Below, in pieces: positions 50,345 through 61,186 of a stretch of DNA of 64,000 nucleotides. A program made the position numbers and the translations under genes. The stretch is taken from NCBI GenBank assembly GCA_963666425.2, contig OY762825.2:96001-160000 (forward strand), given 5' to 3'. Numbering within the stretch: position 1 is the first letter of the stretch; the number at the start of each line of letters is the position of its first letter. The notes beneath the pieces are model-generated. The model was not told the origin of the DNA. It worked only from the letters and a program-made list of their open reading frames with translations, and made no database searches. This DNA comes from Bacillota bacterium. GTDB taxonomy: Bacteria > Bacillota > JAAYKD01.

Positions 50345-51303
50345 TAAATTTAGCAAAACCTGCCGGACCAACCTCCCATGATCTGGTTGCTTTTTTGCGC
50401 CGACAGCTGAAAATAAAACAAATAGGCCATACCGGCACGCTGGATCCTTTGGCTACCGGTGTACTACCGCTCTGTGTTGGGGATGCGACCCGTTTAGCAG
50501 AATACTTAACCGGCAGGAGTAAAACCTACCGTGTCACGATGCTCTTTGGCTGGCGTTCCGATTCTTACGATGTGAGTGGCTGTATGACAGAGAGCCAAAC
50601 CTTCAGCCTTGCAGCGGATGAGGTGCTGCAGGTGCTGTCGCATTTCAGAGGGGAGCTGCAGCAGACTCCGCCGATGCACTCCGCAATTTCGGTCAATGGT
50701 ATCCGTTTATATGAATTGGCGCGCAAAGGCGAAAGCATTGAACGGGAAGCACGGCCGATTCTGATTGAAGAACTGCAGCTGCTCACAGAATTGCCGGCTA
50801 AACTGCAAAAGGGCAGCAGCCTCGCATTGGAAGTCACTTGCAGCAAAGGGACTTACATTCGGACGCTCTGTGAAGACATCGGCAACCAGTTGGGCTGCGG
50901 CGCTGTCATGCAGCAACTGCAGCGAACCAGAAGCGGTCTGTTTTGCTTGGAACAGGCAGTTTCCAAAGCAGAAGTCGAAGAAGCATGTGCAGCCAATCAG
51001 GCAGCGAAGCTTTTCAGCAAACTGACACCTGCGCATCTTGGCTTACCTGCCTGCATCCTGAATGAGACACAACTACGGGAACTTCATTTTGGTCGGACAG
51101 TATTGCTGCCGGCTGCGGCAGGGGCGGCAAAAGAAATGCTTGTTTGTGATGCGGAGGAGAATTTACACGCCATTGCAGAAATTGCGCTGGACGATTGTCG
51201 GCAAAACCTAGTTTTAAAGCCACATAAAGTCTTCGCTAATCTGATCGCAATGGATCTTTCTTCAATCAAAGCGGAAGCAAAACAGGTGACAGCATGCAGA
51301 TAG
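50332..51303 (+). CDS. truB: tRNA pseudouridine(55) synthase
   Basis: GHTGTLDPLATGVL, CSKGTYIR. Confidence 0.95.
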   Translation: MHGVINLAKPAGPTSHDLVAFLRRQLKIKQIGHTGTLDPLATGVLPLCVGDATRLAEYLTGRSKTYRVTMLFGWRSDSYDVSGCMTESQTFSLAADEVLQVLSHFRGELQQTPPMHSAISVNGIRLYELARKGESIEREARPILIEELQLLTELPAKLQKGSSLALEVTCSKGTYIRTLCEDIGNQLGCGAVMQQLQRTRSGLFCLEQAVSKAEVEEACAANQAAKLFSKLTPAHLGLPACILNETQLRELHFGRTVLLPAAAGAAKEMLVCDAEENLHAIAEIALDDCRQNLVLKPHKVFANLIAMDLSSIKAEAKQVTACR

Positions 51304-52106
51304 TTCATGGCTTGACGAATTTACCCAAAGGAAAGCGAGCGATTGCGCTCGGGAATTTTGATGGAATTCACATCGGACACCGTCCGATCATTGCTGCGGC
51401 AGTACAGAGAGCGGCTGAAAAATCCTATCGCTCCAGCGTCTTGATGTTCGATCCTCATCCCATGCAAGTTCTGCATAGAAAGAGCGTTCTGCAATTGCTG
51501 ACAACTCCCAAACAACGTGCCGCGCTGCTGAAAAAAATGCAGGTGGATGAATTGATTCTGGTTCCATTCACGATAAAGATGCAGCAAATGCAGCCGCAGG
51601 ACTTTGTTGAACAGGTACTGCTGACGCGCTGCGAAGCAGCTTGTATTTCGGTGGGATACGATTATAGCTTTGGCTGCGGCGGCAAAGGCAGAACAGAATT
51701 ATTGCAAACCTTGAGCAGCCAAAAAGGCTTTGAACTGATCATTCAGCCGGCAGTGGAGTATTTGCAGCAGCCCGTTTCTAGTACACGCATCCGTTCGGCG
51801 GTTGCGGGCGGTGATTTGCGCTTGGCTGCGCTGCTGTTGGGCCGACTTTATGAAGCAGAGATCTGTCTTACTGCAGTGGGACCGGAAACCGGCAGGTTAA
51901 TCCAGACTGCGAAAACAGTCTTGCCAGAACAAGGCAGCTACCCCATCCGTTTTTATCACCCGGAAACGAAACTGAGCTATGCGGGCTGTTTTTTTGTGGT
52001 CGGTGAACAAGCGAGAGAATTTCAATTGCAATTGCAGGGATTTCCCTGGTCAAAAGGGAACATTTTTGGACGACTTACGTTTCTGTCAGATTCTCTCTCT
52101 GAATAG
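51294..52106 (+). CDS. ribF: RibF-like FMN adenylyltransferase with a degenerate riboflavin kinase domain
   Basis: GNFDGIHIGH, FDPHP, GYDYSFG, VSSTRIR present; PTAN kinase motif absent. Confidence 0.8.
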   Translation: MQIVHGLTNLPKGKRAIALGNFDGIHIGHRPIIAAAVQRAAEKSYRSSVLMFDPHPMQVLHRKSVLQLLTTPKQRAALLKKMQVDELILVPFTIKMQQMQPQDFVEQVLLTRCEAACISVGYDYSFGCGGKGRTELLQTLSSQKGFELIIQPAVEYLQQPVSSTRIRSAVAGGDLRLAALLLGRLYEAEICLTAVGPETGRLIQTAKTVLPEQGSYPIRFYHPETKLSYAGCFFVVGEQAREFQLQLQGFPWSKGNIFGRLTFLSDSLSE

Positions 52107-52109
52107 ATC

Positions 52110-52226
52110 TTGCGTTCATAGCAGAAATAAGCTATAATACTTTTGACATCAAGTCATGACCCAAAGCGAGGTTGCTGGCGCCTCCTGCCTGTTTACTTGG
52201 CTTTTGGGACTAAAAAAAGTAGGAGG
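52110..52226 (+). promoter_or_regulatory. rpsO promoter and probable S15 leader
   Basis: TTGCGT-17-TATAAT; CCCAAA...TTTGGG-closed structured leader before AGGAGG. Confidence 0.65.
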
Positions 52227-52236
52227 AACTCAAATT

Positions 52237-52503
52237 ATGTTAGTCAAAGATCTCAAACAAGAAATCATTAAGACTTATCAGCTGCACGAAGGCGACACCG
52301 GATCTCCGGAAGTTCAAATCGCCATCTTAACGGAACGGATCAATCAATTGACCGAACATCTGAAAATTCACCGCAAAGACCATCACTCCCGTCGTGGTTT
52401 GTTCCTGATGATTGGTCAGCGCCGTGGTTTATTGGATTATGTCAAAAAGGTAGATATTGACCGTTATCGTGTCATCATCGAGAAATTAAAAATCCGTCGT
52501 TAA
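52237..52503 (+). CDS. rpsO: 30S ribosomal protein S15
   Basis: [19 protein letters not shown]. Confidence 0.98.
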   Translation: MLVKDLKQEIIKTYQLHEGDTGSPEVQIAILTERINQLTEHLKIHRKDHHSRRGLFLMIGQRRGLLDYVKKVDIDRYRVIIEKLKIRR

Positions 52504-52512
52504 TTCACCTCG

Positions 52513-52560
52513 AAAAACTGCTCTCTGTTTTGCTTTCAGCGAACAGAAGGCAGTTTTTTT
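52513..52560 (+). terminator. Intrinsic terminator after rpsO
   Basis: AAAAACTGC.TCTGTT...AACAGA.GCAGTTTTTTT. Confidence 0.75.
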
Positions 52561-52815
52561 AGGTTGTATTTCAAAAAGGTGTTGAAAAATTCCCTTATTT
52601 GCATCATATGAAAAATGAGACGATAAAAACGATGATGGAAGCTTTCTTGTTTCTGCAGAGTCGTTTAAGCTTGTCTTGAAAGCTTTAAAAACAGGATGTA
52701 ATTGATAGAGTATGATATTGGATTTTTAAATCAACGATTCATGCGCTGTTTCATAAAACAAAGATGGAACAGGGATAACGCATTGCTTTTACTTCATAAT
52801 AAGGAGAACAGGAAA

Positions 52816-53367
52816 ATGAATTTGAACGAATTGAGAATAGATATTGCAATCAGGGGAAAAAAGGGCCTGCATTTTATTATGGCTTCTGTCGTCATCTGGT
52901 GTGCTGTACTGGTTGTATCTCTGCTGCCAATTGAAGATGTCCAAACGAAAAATTTTCTGACCTTCTGTTTTACAGCACCACTTCTCCCACTTGCCTATCT
53001 GTTTTCAAAAATCATCAAGGCGGAATTTTCAACAAACGATAACCCATTGAATCAATTAGGGCTTTTATTTTCCTGCAATCAATTTCTATATCTGCTCATT
53101 GCTATGTGGGTCTATCCAACGGTACCAGATAAGATGGTAATGGTTTTAGCGGTTATTTTTGGAGCACACTTGCTGCCTTTTGGCTGGTTATATCGCTCAA
53201 AGGCCTATTCAATCATGTCTATCCTGATTTCTTTTTCTGCACTTGTGATAGGTATTTTGTTTCATGCTGCCGTGGTTTCCAGTCTGATGGTAGGTTATGA
53301 AATACTCTTTTGTCTATGGCTGATGCTCGAAAACAAATCATTAGCTAAAACTTCATCAAGGAGATAG
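52816..53367 (+). CDS. Membrane protein (DUF7010-like)
   Basis: GLHFIMAS, NPLNQLG, GAHLLPFGWLY; AAGGAG RBS; family assignment from memory. Confidence 0.65.
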   Translation: MNLNELRIDIAIRGKKGLHFIMASVVIWCAVLVVSLLPIEDVQTKNFLTFCFTAPLLPLAYLFSKIIKAEFSTNDNPLNQLGLLFSCNQFLYLLIAMWVYPTVPDKMVMVLAVIFGAHLLPFGWLYRSKAYSIMSILISFSALVIGILFHAAVVSSLMVGYEILFCLWLMLENKSLAKTSSRR

Positions 53368-53502
53368 GATCTAATTTAAAAACAAGATAAACCTGATCGG
53401 TTTGCAGCGTATTGACAGACACTCGGGAAAGCGAAAGAATGCTTAATCAGGAACTCTTACTGAAAGCATCGGCAGAAAACAGGGATTATTTCCGTTCAAG
53501 GA

Positions 53503-53527
53503 AGGAAATCTTTACTGATTGTGGAAT
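53503..53527 (+). promoter_or_regulatory. sigmaH-type promoter for pnp
   Basis: gaAGGA-N17-GAAT 50 nt before the ATG. Confidence 0.55.
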
Positions 53528-53576
53528 TAATCAAAGTTAATAAAAATAAGAAAGTAAAAATCAATAGGAGGTACAA

Positions 53577-55676
53577 ATGGTACATGAAGTAAAACGAGAA
53601 ATCGCCGGCAGGACCTTAAAAATTGAAACCGGCCGTTTAGCAAAACAAGCCGGCGGAGCTGTGCTGGTCAGTTATGGGGATACAGTGGTGTTGGTCACAG
53701 CTTGCGCGTCCAAAGAACCGCGTCTGGGTACAGATTTCTTTCCTCTCACTGTAGATTATGAAGAACGCCTCTATTCCGTTGGTAAAATTCCCGGTTCCTG
53801 GGGCAGACGCGAAGGCCGAGCCTCTGAGAAGGCGACACTTTCCGCTCGGGTTACCGATCGGGCAATTCGTCCGCTGTTTCCGGAAGGTTTCCGCAATGAT
53901 GTCCAGATTGTCGTCACTGTTTTGAGTGTGGAGCAGGATAACGCACCGGAAGTAGCAGCTATCATCGGCGCTTCTACCGCACTTTGCCTTTCTGGTATTC
54001 CCTTCAATGGTCCGATCGCCAGCGTGATGATGGGTTATGACGGAGAACAACTGATCGTCAATCCAACTGCCGAACAGGAAAAAAACGGCATTCTGCATTT
54101 GCAGGTAGCCGGAACCAGAGATGCGATCAACATGGTAGAAGCTGGCGCAAAGGAAGTTCAGGAAGATGTGATCATCGATGCTTTGGCCCGGGCGCATGCC
54201 GTGATCAAAGAGATCATTGCGATGGAAGACGAACTGATCGCTCTGGCAGGCAAAGAACCGATGCAGGTCGCCATTTATACAGTACCGGCAGAAATTATGG
54301 CCGCTGTGCGCGTCATGGCACTGAAGCCGATTTACGAAGCCTCAGCGACACAGGAGAAATTAGCGCGGGAAACCGCAGTCGAACAGGTCAATGCGCAGGT
54401 TAAGGCTGCTTTGGCAGAGAAATATCCGGATAACAGCAAAGACATCGGCGAAGCACTGAACGAAGTGCTTAAAGAAGTTGTGCGCGATATGATTTTATCG
54501 GGCAACCGTCCGGATGGTCGGGTGACGACGGAAATTCGTCCGATCAGTGTTGAAGTAGGCGTCCTGCCGCGGACCCATGGTTCCGGTTTATTTACCAGAG
54601 GACAAACGCAGGTTTTAACCTCCGCTACATTGGGTGCAATGGGTGATGTCCAGAAATTGGATGGTTTGTCTGAAGAGGATGATACCAAACGCTATATGCA
54701 TCATTACAATTTCCCGCCTTACAGTGTGGGTGAAACACGTCCGATGCGCGGACCGAGCCGACGGGACATTGGTCACGGTGCTTTGGCGGAGCGCGCTTTG
54801 CTGCCCATGCTGCCGGACGAAGAACAGTTTCCTTATACGATTCGCCTGGTTTCTGAAGTATTGGAATCCAACGGCTCCAGTTCGATGGCTTCCGTCTGCG
54901 GCAGCACCTTGGCTTTGATGGATGCCGGTGTACCAATCCAGTCACCGGTTGCCGGTATTGCCATGGGTCTGATCAAAGAAGGAGACCGGATTGCAATTTT
55001 AACCGACATTCAAGGATTAGAAGATCATTACGGAGACATGGATTTTAAAGTGGCAGGCACAGCCAAAGGTATCAATGCGCTGCAGATGGATATTAAAGTA
55101 GCCGGTTTGGATTTGGATATCATGCGCCGCGCTTTGGCGCAGGCCAAAGAGGGCAGATTGTTTATTTTAAATAAAATGCTGACGGTCTTGCCGGAAGTGC
55201 GCAAAGAAATGTCTCCTTTCGCCCCGCGTATTCTGACTTTGAAGATTGATGTGGATAAAATCCGCGATGTGATTGGACCGGGCGGCAAAGTAATCCAAAA
55301 AATCATTGCAGAAACCGGCGTGAAAATCGATGTAGAGCAGGACGGCCGCATCTTCATTGCAGTAGCAGGGATGCAATATGAAAACGGACTGAAAGCGCTG
55401 AAGATCATCGAAGGAATCACGAAAGACGTTGTGGTTGGCACGGTTTATCTGGGTAAAGTCACCCGCGTCGAAAAATATGGTGCTTTTGTTGAGGTTTTAC
55501 CGGGTAAAGAAGGTTTGGTCCACGTATCACAGCTTGCCTTGGAAAGAATCGAGAATCCTTCGGATGTTGTTTCCGTTGGCGATGAGATTTTAGTCAAAGT
55601 CACCGAAATTGATAAACAAGGTCGGATCAATCTTTCCCGTAAAGAAGTGATCAAAGAGGATGCCATGCGTTCTTAG
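53577..55676 (+). CDS. pnp: Polyribonucleotide nucleotidyltransferase
   Basis: [39 protein letters not shown] and S1 domains. Confidence 0.97.
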   Translation: MVHEVKREIAGRTLKIETGRLAKQAGGAVLVSYGDTVVLVTACASKEPRLGTDFFPLTVDYEERLYSVGKIPGSWGRREGRASEKATLSARVTDRAIRPLFPEGFRNDVQIVVTVLSVEQDNAPEVAAIIGASTALCLSGIPFNGPIASVMMGYDGEQLIVNPTAEQEKNGILHLQVAGTRDAINMVEAGAKEVQEDVIIDALARAHAVIKEIIAMEDELIALAGKEPMQVAIYTVPAEIMAAVRVMALKPIYEASATQEKLARETAVEQVNAQVKAALAEKYPDNSKDIGEALNEVLKEVVRDMILSGNRPDGRVTTEIRPISVEVGVLPRTHGSGLFTRGQTQVLTSATLGAMGDVQKLDGLSEEDDTKRYMHHYNFPPYSVGETRPMRGPSRRDIGHGALAERALLPMLPDEEQFPYTIRLVSEVLESNGSSSMASVCGSTLALMDAGVPIQSPVAGIAMGLIKEGDRIAILTDIQGLEDHYGDMDFKVAGTAKGINALQMDIKVAGLDLDIMRRALAQAKEGRLFILNKMLTVLPEVRKEMSPFAPRILTLKIDVDKIRDVIGPGGKVIQKIIAETGVKIDVEQDGRIFIAVAGMQYENGLKALKIIEGITKDVVVGTVYLGKVTRVEKYGAFVEVLPGKEGLVHVSQLALERIENPSDVVSVGDEILVKVTEIDKQGRINLSRKEVIKEDAMRS

Positions 55677-55688
55677 TCTTTCATCTTT

Positions 55689-55722
55689 AAAAGGGGCCGT
55701 TGACAGAACGGTCCCTTTTTTT
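55689..55722 (+). terminator. Intrinsic terminator after pnp
   Basis: GGGgCCGTT...AACGGtCCC followed by T7. Confidence 0.8.
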
Positions 55723-55815
55723 ACAGAATTCTATTTTTAACCGCTGCACTTTTCCGCAGCGCCGGGAAGCTATTTCCGGACGCAAAGCAAACCTATGATC
55801 AGGAGGAGAATAGCC

Positions 55816-56262
55816 ATGCGAGGATTTTCTTGGATTACGGCATGTCAGGATCAAAATGCTGCGTTACCGCAGCGTAAGACGAGCGGCAGCGCCGGCTACG
55901 ATTTGGAAGCGGCCGAAACTGTCACACTGCGGCCTGGAGAGACAGCCTTGGTAGCGACCAATTTAAAAGCTTATATGTCGGCAAACGAAGTGCTGCTGAT
56001 TATGATTCGCAGCAGCTTAGCCGTCAAGCAAGATTTGATACTGGCCAATGGCGTTGGCGTAATCGATGCCGACTATTATAATAACCCAGACAATGAGGGA
56101 CATATCCTCTTGGCAGTGCGCAATCAGGGGGAGCAAGATGCAGTCATCAAAAAAGGACAGGCGGTTGCTCAGGGAATTTTTACGCAGTATCTGGTCAGTG
56201 AGCAGGAAGCCATCGCTTCAAAACCGCGCCAAGGTGGTTTCGGCAGTACGGATCCAAAATGA
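55816..56262 (+). CDS. dut: Trimeric dUTPase
   Basis: AGYDL, RSS, GVIDADY, AQG, RQGGFGST. Confidence 0.94.
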   Translation: MRGFSWITACQDQNAALPQRKTSGSAGYDLEAAETVTLRPGETALVATNLKAYMSANEVLLIMIRSSLAVKQDLILANGVGVIDADYYNNPDNEGHILLAVRNQGEQDAVIKKGQAVAQGIFTQYLVSEQEAIASKPRQGGFGSTDPK

Positions 56263-56502
56263 ATCAGGCAAATCGTTTGCTTTGCTCTGGTTTCGCTTTT
56301 TAAAAATTCTCGTTTTGTTTCTAGAATCGGACCGTTCCTGGTATACAGCCTCTTTCGAGCTGCTGTCAGGAAAGGTTCGATTTTTTGATTATTTTTGCTT
56401 TGCTGATAATTTCAATACAGAGTCTGGTATCTGCTCATGGTAACGTCTTAAATAACAGATATCTGATAGAATATAAATCTTTATAAAATAAGCAAGAAAA
56501 GT

Positions 56503-56562
56503 ATTGCATTAAAACGGGTAATCTGTTAAACTGAATTTGCTTTCAATGAATACAATGAAAGC
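56503..56562 (+). promoter_or_regulatory. sigmaA promoter with a downstream 24-bp palindrome (candidate operator)
   Basis: TTGCAT...TGtTAAACT; GCTTTCAATG-AATA-CAATGAAAGC at 56539-56562, just before AGGAGG. Confidence 0.6.
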
Positions 56563-56568
56563 TAGGAG

Positions 56569-57162
56569 GTGATAGCCTTGCGGTTTACGAAAGTCGCTAT
56601 GGCTGATTTTACACCGGTTCTGGTAACCAGAAAAACCGGAAAAGCGGTGAAAGAGCAACTGGCGGCAATTTTACAGGCATCGAGCGAGCCGGAGGTCTTG
56701 ATTCTAAATTTTAAAGCGGTTCAGATCCTCGATTTTTCTTGTGCCGACGAATGCATCGCAAAACTCCTGATCGAAATCTGCGGGGATTTTTTTGGACCGA
56801 AAGCGTTTCTGCTCAGCAATTTATCGGAAGATCAGCTGGAAAATGTGGCAGCCGCGCTGTCTCAGCGTAATTTGGTAACTTGTTATCTCAACGGGGGTCA
56901 GCTGCGTATTTTAGGTGAACTGAAAGAGCCGCTGCTCGCCACGTTGGACGTGCTGAACCAAAATAAGACTGTCACCGCCAGAGAGATCGCAGATTTTATG
57001 CAGATCGCCATCAATACAGCCAGCAACCGCTTGAGTGAATTAGCAAAGCGAGGTTTGACCCTGCGCAGGAACGACATGCCGGCTGCCGGCGGAAAACAAT
57101 ACATTTATTGCAGTATCCTACCGGATCAAGCGGAACTCGGAACTCAAAATCAAAAAGAATAG
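56569..57162 (+). CDS. STAS-like (DUF4325-type) domain fused to a winged HTH
   Basis: LVTRKTG...[16 protein letters not shown]; C-terminal [31 protein letters not shown] wHTH pattern. Confidence 0.7.
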   Translation: MIALRFTKVAMADFTPVLVTRKTGKAVKEQLAAILQASSEPEVLILNFKAVQILDFSCADECIAKLLIEICGDFFGPKAFLLSNLSEDQLENVAAALSQRNLVTCYLNGGQLRILGELKEPLLATLDVLNQNKTVTAREIADFMQIAINTASNRLSELAKRGLTLRRNDMPAAGGKQYIYCSILPDQAELGTQNQKE

Positions 57163-57182
57163 GGAAAGGCAGGGATTCAAAA

Positions 57183-58250
57183 ATGGCAACTCCAACAGCT
57201 CAGAACAAACAAAAGGCGCTCGATGCGGCTTTGGCCGGAATCGAAAAACAGTTCGGTAAGGGATCGATTATGCGGATGGGAGAAGCAGAAGCACGTTTGA
57301 ATATCGATGTCATTCCGACCGGATCATTGGCTCTCGATATTGCCCTCGGTGTTGGGGGTGTACCGCGCGGCCGCGTGGTGGAGATTTATGGACCGGAGTC
57401 TTCCGGTAAAACAACCTTGGCTCTGCATATTGTTGCGGAAGCGCAGAAAACCGGTGGGACGGCCGCCTTCATCGATGCGGAACATGCCTTGGATCCGACT
57501 TATGCTTCCAATTTAGGCGTTAATATGGACGATTTGATCATTTCACAACCGGACACTGGTGAACAAGCCCTGGAGATTACGGAAGCTTTGGTCCGCAGCG
57601 GTGCCTTGGACGTGATCGTGATCGACTCGGTAGCGGCTCTGGTGCCGAAGGCGGAAATCGACGGTGAGATGGGCGACTCTTTTATGGGCTTGCAGGCCAG
57701 GCTGATGTCACAAGCTTTGCGCAAACTGGCCGGAGTCATTTCCAAATCACATACCGTTGTGATCTTCATCAATCAGCTGCGCGAAAAAATTGGCGTCATG
57801 TTTGGCAATCCGGAGACAACTACCGGCGGAAAAGCTCTGAAATTCTATGCCAGTATTCGCTTGGATATCCGGCGCATTGAAAGCTTAAAGCAGGGAACGG
57901 AAATTGTCGGCAATAGAACCAGAGTGAAAGTAGTGAAAAATAAAGTCGCACCGCCGTTTAAACAAGCAGAATTTGACATCATGTATGGCAAGGGAATTTC
58001 CAGAGAAGGTTCTGTCCTGGATATGGCTGTCGAATGCGAGATTATCAATAAGAGCGGCGCCTGGTTCTCCTATAACAGTGAACGTTTAGGGCAGGGCAGA
58101 GAGAATGTCAAGCAATTGCTGATCGACCATCCTGATTTATTAAACGAAGTGGAACTAAAAGTCCGGGAAGCTTATAAACTGAATGCCATCAAAGCCCTTC
58201 CGGCTGAAGAAATATCGGAAGAATCTGAATTAGCGGACGAAGAAGAATGA
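57183..58250 (+). CDS. recA: Recombinase RecA
   Basis: [25 protein letters not shown]. Confidence 0.98.
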   Translation: MATPTAQNKQKALDAALAGIEKQFGKGSIMRMGEAEARLNIDVIPTGSLALDIALGVGGVPRGRVVEIYGPESSGKTTLALHIVAEAQKTGGTAAFIDAEHALDPTYASNLGVNMDDLIISQPDTGEQALEITEALVRSGALDVIVIDSVAALVPKAEIDGEMGDSFMGLQARLMSQALRKLAGVISKSHTVVIFINQLREKIGVMFGNPETTTGGKALKFYASIRLDIRRIESLKQGTEIVGNRTRVKVVKNKVAPPFKQAEFDIMYGKGISREGSVLDMAVECEIINKSGAWFSYNSERLGQGRENVKQLLIDHPDLLNEVELKVREAYKLNAIKALPAEEISEESELADEEE

Positions 58251-58729
58251 AAACAGCGGAACAGGCTTGTCTGGCGAAATGTCTGCAGTTGTTATCCAAA
58301 ATGGCCTATTCCAAACGGCGCCTATGTGAAAAACTAGGTGCCGTTTACGATGCCGAAACGATCGAACGTGTGCTTGCCTATGCCGAAGCGCAGCATTATC
58401 TGGACGAACAGCGCGATTGCCTGCTCTGGCTGGAGCATTATCGCCGGCAGAGTAATAAAAGCAATTATGAAATGACTGCCTTGCTGTCACAACGAGGTTA
58501 TGAGCGTGAACTGATCAAGGTTTGTTTGGGTTCGCTGCCGCCGGAAGAAGAACTTCAAAAAGCAATTGCTCTTCTTCAGGGTCTGATTCATAAAAAAATC
58601 CCTGTTGATTATCAGGAAAAGCAGAAAATCATGCAGAAATTACTGCGGCATGGCTTTCCAATGGATATTGTACTGAAAGCTTTGCAAATTGTTTGCCAAC
58701 CGGAGCTTGATTTCAATGAAAACTTTTAG
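58247..58729 (+). CDS. recX: RecX regulator
   Basis: ATGA overlap with recA; YLDE, RG, KLLRHGF helical repeats (diverged). Confidence 0.8.
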   Translation: MKTAEQACLAKCLQLLSKMAYSKRRLCEKLGAVYDAETIERVLAYAEAQHYLDEQRDCLLWLEHYRRQSNKSNYEMTALLSQRGYERELIKVCLGSLPPEEELQKAIALLQGLIHKKIPVDYQEKQKIMQKLLRHGFPMDIVLKALQIVCQPELDFNENF

Positions 58730-58932
58730 AAATCTGCTTCCTCATCTTGACGTGAGCATGATTTCAGTATAAAATAGACGAGCAGAGGCGAAAGCGAATC
58801 AGAATTTTATGAATGATTCGTTTGCTGACAGTTGAAGAAACAGTCTTAACCTTCTGCCAATCCGTTTTCACTGATTTTTTAGTTTTGTATAGACGGAATG
58901 TCACGGTTCATTGAAAATTTAATCAATAGGAG

Positions 58933-60489
58933 GTGTTAATCATTCAGGAACTTATTATAACAGGAGCAATCGCTTTGATAGCCGGAGGTTTGATCGGTTG
59001 GTTCACCGGTAAAACCTATAAAATAAAAACGGACGAAGCTCAATTGGGTTCTGCGCGGGAACAGGCAAAAGATATTTTAGAAAAAGCCATTCGCGACGCG
59101 GAAATACAAAAGAAAGAAGCATTGCTGGAAGCGAAAGAAGAAGTACATCATTTGCGGTCCGATTTAGAAAAAGAGATTAAGGAACGCCGCAATGAACTGC
59201 AGCGTTTAGAACGTCGGACGATTCAAAAAGAAGAGTTACTGGACAAGAAAACCGAAGCCTTCGAAAAAACCGAGGAGGTTTTAGCCAAACGGGAGCAGGA
59301 TATTGAGGCACTCAAGGGGAAGGCGGAAGAGGTTTATCAGCGTCACTGGAAAGAATTAGAACGTATTTCTGCCATGTCAAAAGAAGAAGCCAAGCAATTT
59401 TTGTTAAGCCAAACAGAAGAAGCCGTTCAACTGGATATGGCACTGATCATTCGCAATGCTGAGATTCAAGCCAAGGAAAAATCAGACCGCAAGGCGAGAG
59501 AGATTGTCAGTTTAGCGATTCAGCGCTGCGCTGCCGACCATGTTGCTGAGACAACCGTTTCGGTAGTGGAATTACCCAATGAAGAAATGAAGGGTAGAAT
59601 CATCGGACGGGAAGGCAGAAATATCCGAACCTTGGAAACCTTAACCGGTATTGATTTAATTATTGACGATACTCCAGAAGCTGTTATTTTATCCGGATTC
59701 GATCCGGTGCGGCGCGAAATTGCCCGGGTCGCTTTGACTCGTTTGGTCCAGGACGGCCGTATCCATCCTGCGCGGATTGAAGAAGTTGTCGAGCGGGCAA
59801 TTCGGGAAGTGGATCAACGGATCGAAGAAGAAGGAGAGTCAGCTACCTTTGAAGTTGGAGTCAACGGAATTCATCCAGAGATCATCAAACTATTAGGCCG
59901 GCTGCATTTCCGAACCAGTTATGGTCAGAATGTGCTGAAACATTCCTGTGAAGTTGCTTATCTAGCCTCGATGATGGCTGCAGAATTGGGAGCGGATGTT
60001 ACGCTTGCCAAACGAGCCGGCTTGCTGCATGATATCGGCAAAGCAGTGGATCATGAAATCGAAGGATCCCATGTGGCGATCGGGGTGGAAATAGCACGCA
60101 AATTCGGTGAAAATGCTGAAATACTGCATGCAATCGAAGCGCATCACGGTGATGTTGAAACAAAAACGGTCATTGCCTCTTTGGTGCAGGCTGCAGATGC
60201 CATTTCGGCTGCACGCCCGGGCGCCAGGCGCGAAACATTGGAAACATATGTCAAACGTCTGCATAAATTAGAAGAAATCGCTACGGATTTTGAAGGCGTT
60301 GAGCAAGCTTATGCGATACAAGCCGGCAGAGAAGTGCGTATCATGGTAAAACCAGAAAAAGTGGACGAAGTGATGTCTTATAAATTAGCGCATGATATCG
60401 TCAAGAAAATCGAAGAGAACTTGGATTACCCCGGTCAGATTAAAATTACGGTGATCCGGGAAACTCGAGTGGTCGATTACGCGAAATAG
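58933..60489 (+). CDS. rny: Ribonuclease Y
   Basis: TM and coiled coil, [24 protein letters not shown]; upstream TTGACG-17-TAAAAT at 58747-58775. Confidence 0.97.
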   Translation: MLIIQELIITGAIALIAGGLIGWFTGKTYKIKTDEAQLGSAREQAKDILEKAIRDAEIQKKEALLEAKEEVHHLRSDLEKEIKERRNELQRLERRTIQKEELLDKKTEAFEKTEEVLAKREQDIEALKGKAEEVYQRHWKELERISAMSKEEAKQFLLSQTEEAVQLDMALIIRNAEIQAKEKSDRKAREIVSLAIQRCAADHVAETTVSVVELPNEEMKGRIIGREGRNIRTLETLTGIDLIIDDTPEAVILSGFDPVRREIARVALTRLVQDGRIHPARIEEVVERAIREVDQRIEEEGESATFEVGVNGIHPEIIKLLGRLHFRTSYGQNVLKHSCEVAYLASMMAAELGADVTLAKRAGLLHDIGKAVDHEIEGSHVAIGVEIARKFGENAEILHAIEAHHGDVETKTVIASLVQAADAISAARPGARRETLETYVKRLHKLEEIATDFEGVEQAYAIQAGREVRIMVKPEKVDEVMSYKLAHDIVKKIEENLDYPGQIKITVIRETRVVDYAK

Positions 60490-60516
60490 GAGCGCTCGCT
60501 CTTGAGAAAGACTGGT

Positions 60517-60558
60517 AAGCTGTTCAGCAGTCAAAAAGATTGCTGAACAGCTTTTTTT
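60517..60558 (+). terminator. Intrinsic terminator after rny
   Basis: AAGCTGTTCAGCA...TGCTGAACAGCTTTTTTT. Confidence 0.85.
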
Positions 60559-60594
60559 CATGCCGGCGTATTTCCGTTTTCGTTGCCAATAAGA

Positions 60595-60619
60595 AGGAAA
60601 AGCAAACGGGAACGTGAAT
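60595..60619 (+). promoter_or_regulatory. sigmaH-type promoter
   Basis: gaAGGA-N17-GAAT. Confidence 0.55.
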
Positions 60620-60642
60620 ATAATAAAGTGAGGTGAAATTCA

Positions 60643-61170
60643 ATGAACGAGATCAAAGAGGAAGCACCCCTTGGCGCTGCTTTTCTAATTTCCGCGATGA
60701 TGATCTATCCCTGCCTTTCTTCGATTTTCCTTAACACAGCCGATAAATCAATAACCCTGGATTTTACTGTGCAAAAAAACGGCAAAGAGAAAGATCACTA
60801 TCAGCATGCAATCAAACAACTCAAACAGGGAATTCACTTTTTCCATATGATCGATCGGATCAAACCGGAAATCTATCAAGTGGACTTATCTGTTACTGAG
60901 TATCAGAATAAAATCAGTGTTCAGCGCGATATGAAGAGCCTGACCCCTTACGAAATCGAAGCGATCTATGATCTGTTTGAGCGCTACTTTGCGGAAGACA
61001 GTGAGGAAGAATCGGACAATGATCTGAGCAACGAACAATGGCAGCAGCATAATCAATTATATGAAGCGCTCTATCAGTATGTTTGTCATGCTGATTTTGT
61101 GCCGATCCGCGCTTTCAGAGATTATGATTCCATATACATTCATCAGGTTACGGAACAGAAGAAAGGCTAA
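60643..61170 (+). CDS. Hypothetical protein between rny and ymdB
   Basis: GAGGTG RBS, clean ORF, acidic C-terminal stretch. Confidence 0.7.
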   Translation: MNEIKEEAPLGAAFLISAMMIYPCLSSIFLNTADKSITLDFTVQKNGKEKDHYQHAIKQLKQGIHFFHMIDRIKPEIYQVDLSVTEYQNKISVQRDMKSLTPYEIEAIYDLFERYFAEDSEEESDNDLSNEQWQQHNQLYEALYQYVCHADFVPIRAFRDYDSIYIHQVTEQKKG

Positions 61171-61186
61171 GAAGGAAAAGCAAGTG

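Noticed and set aside
56263-57182. LexA (Cheo) box upstream of recA
   Set aside because: No GAAC-N4-GTTC found by eye
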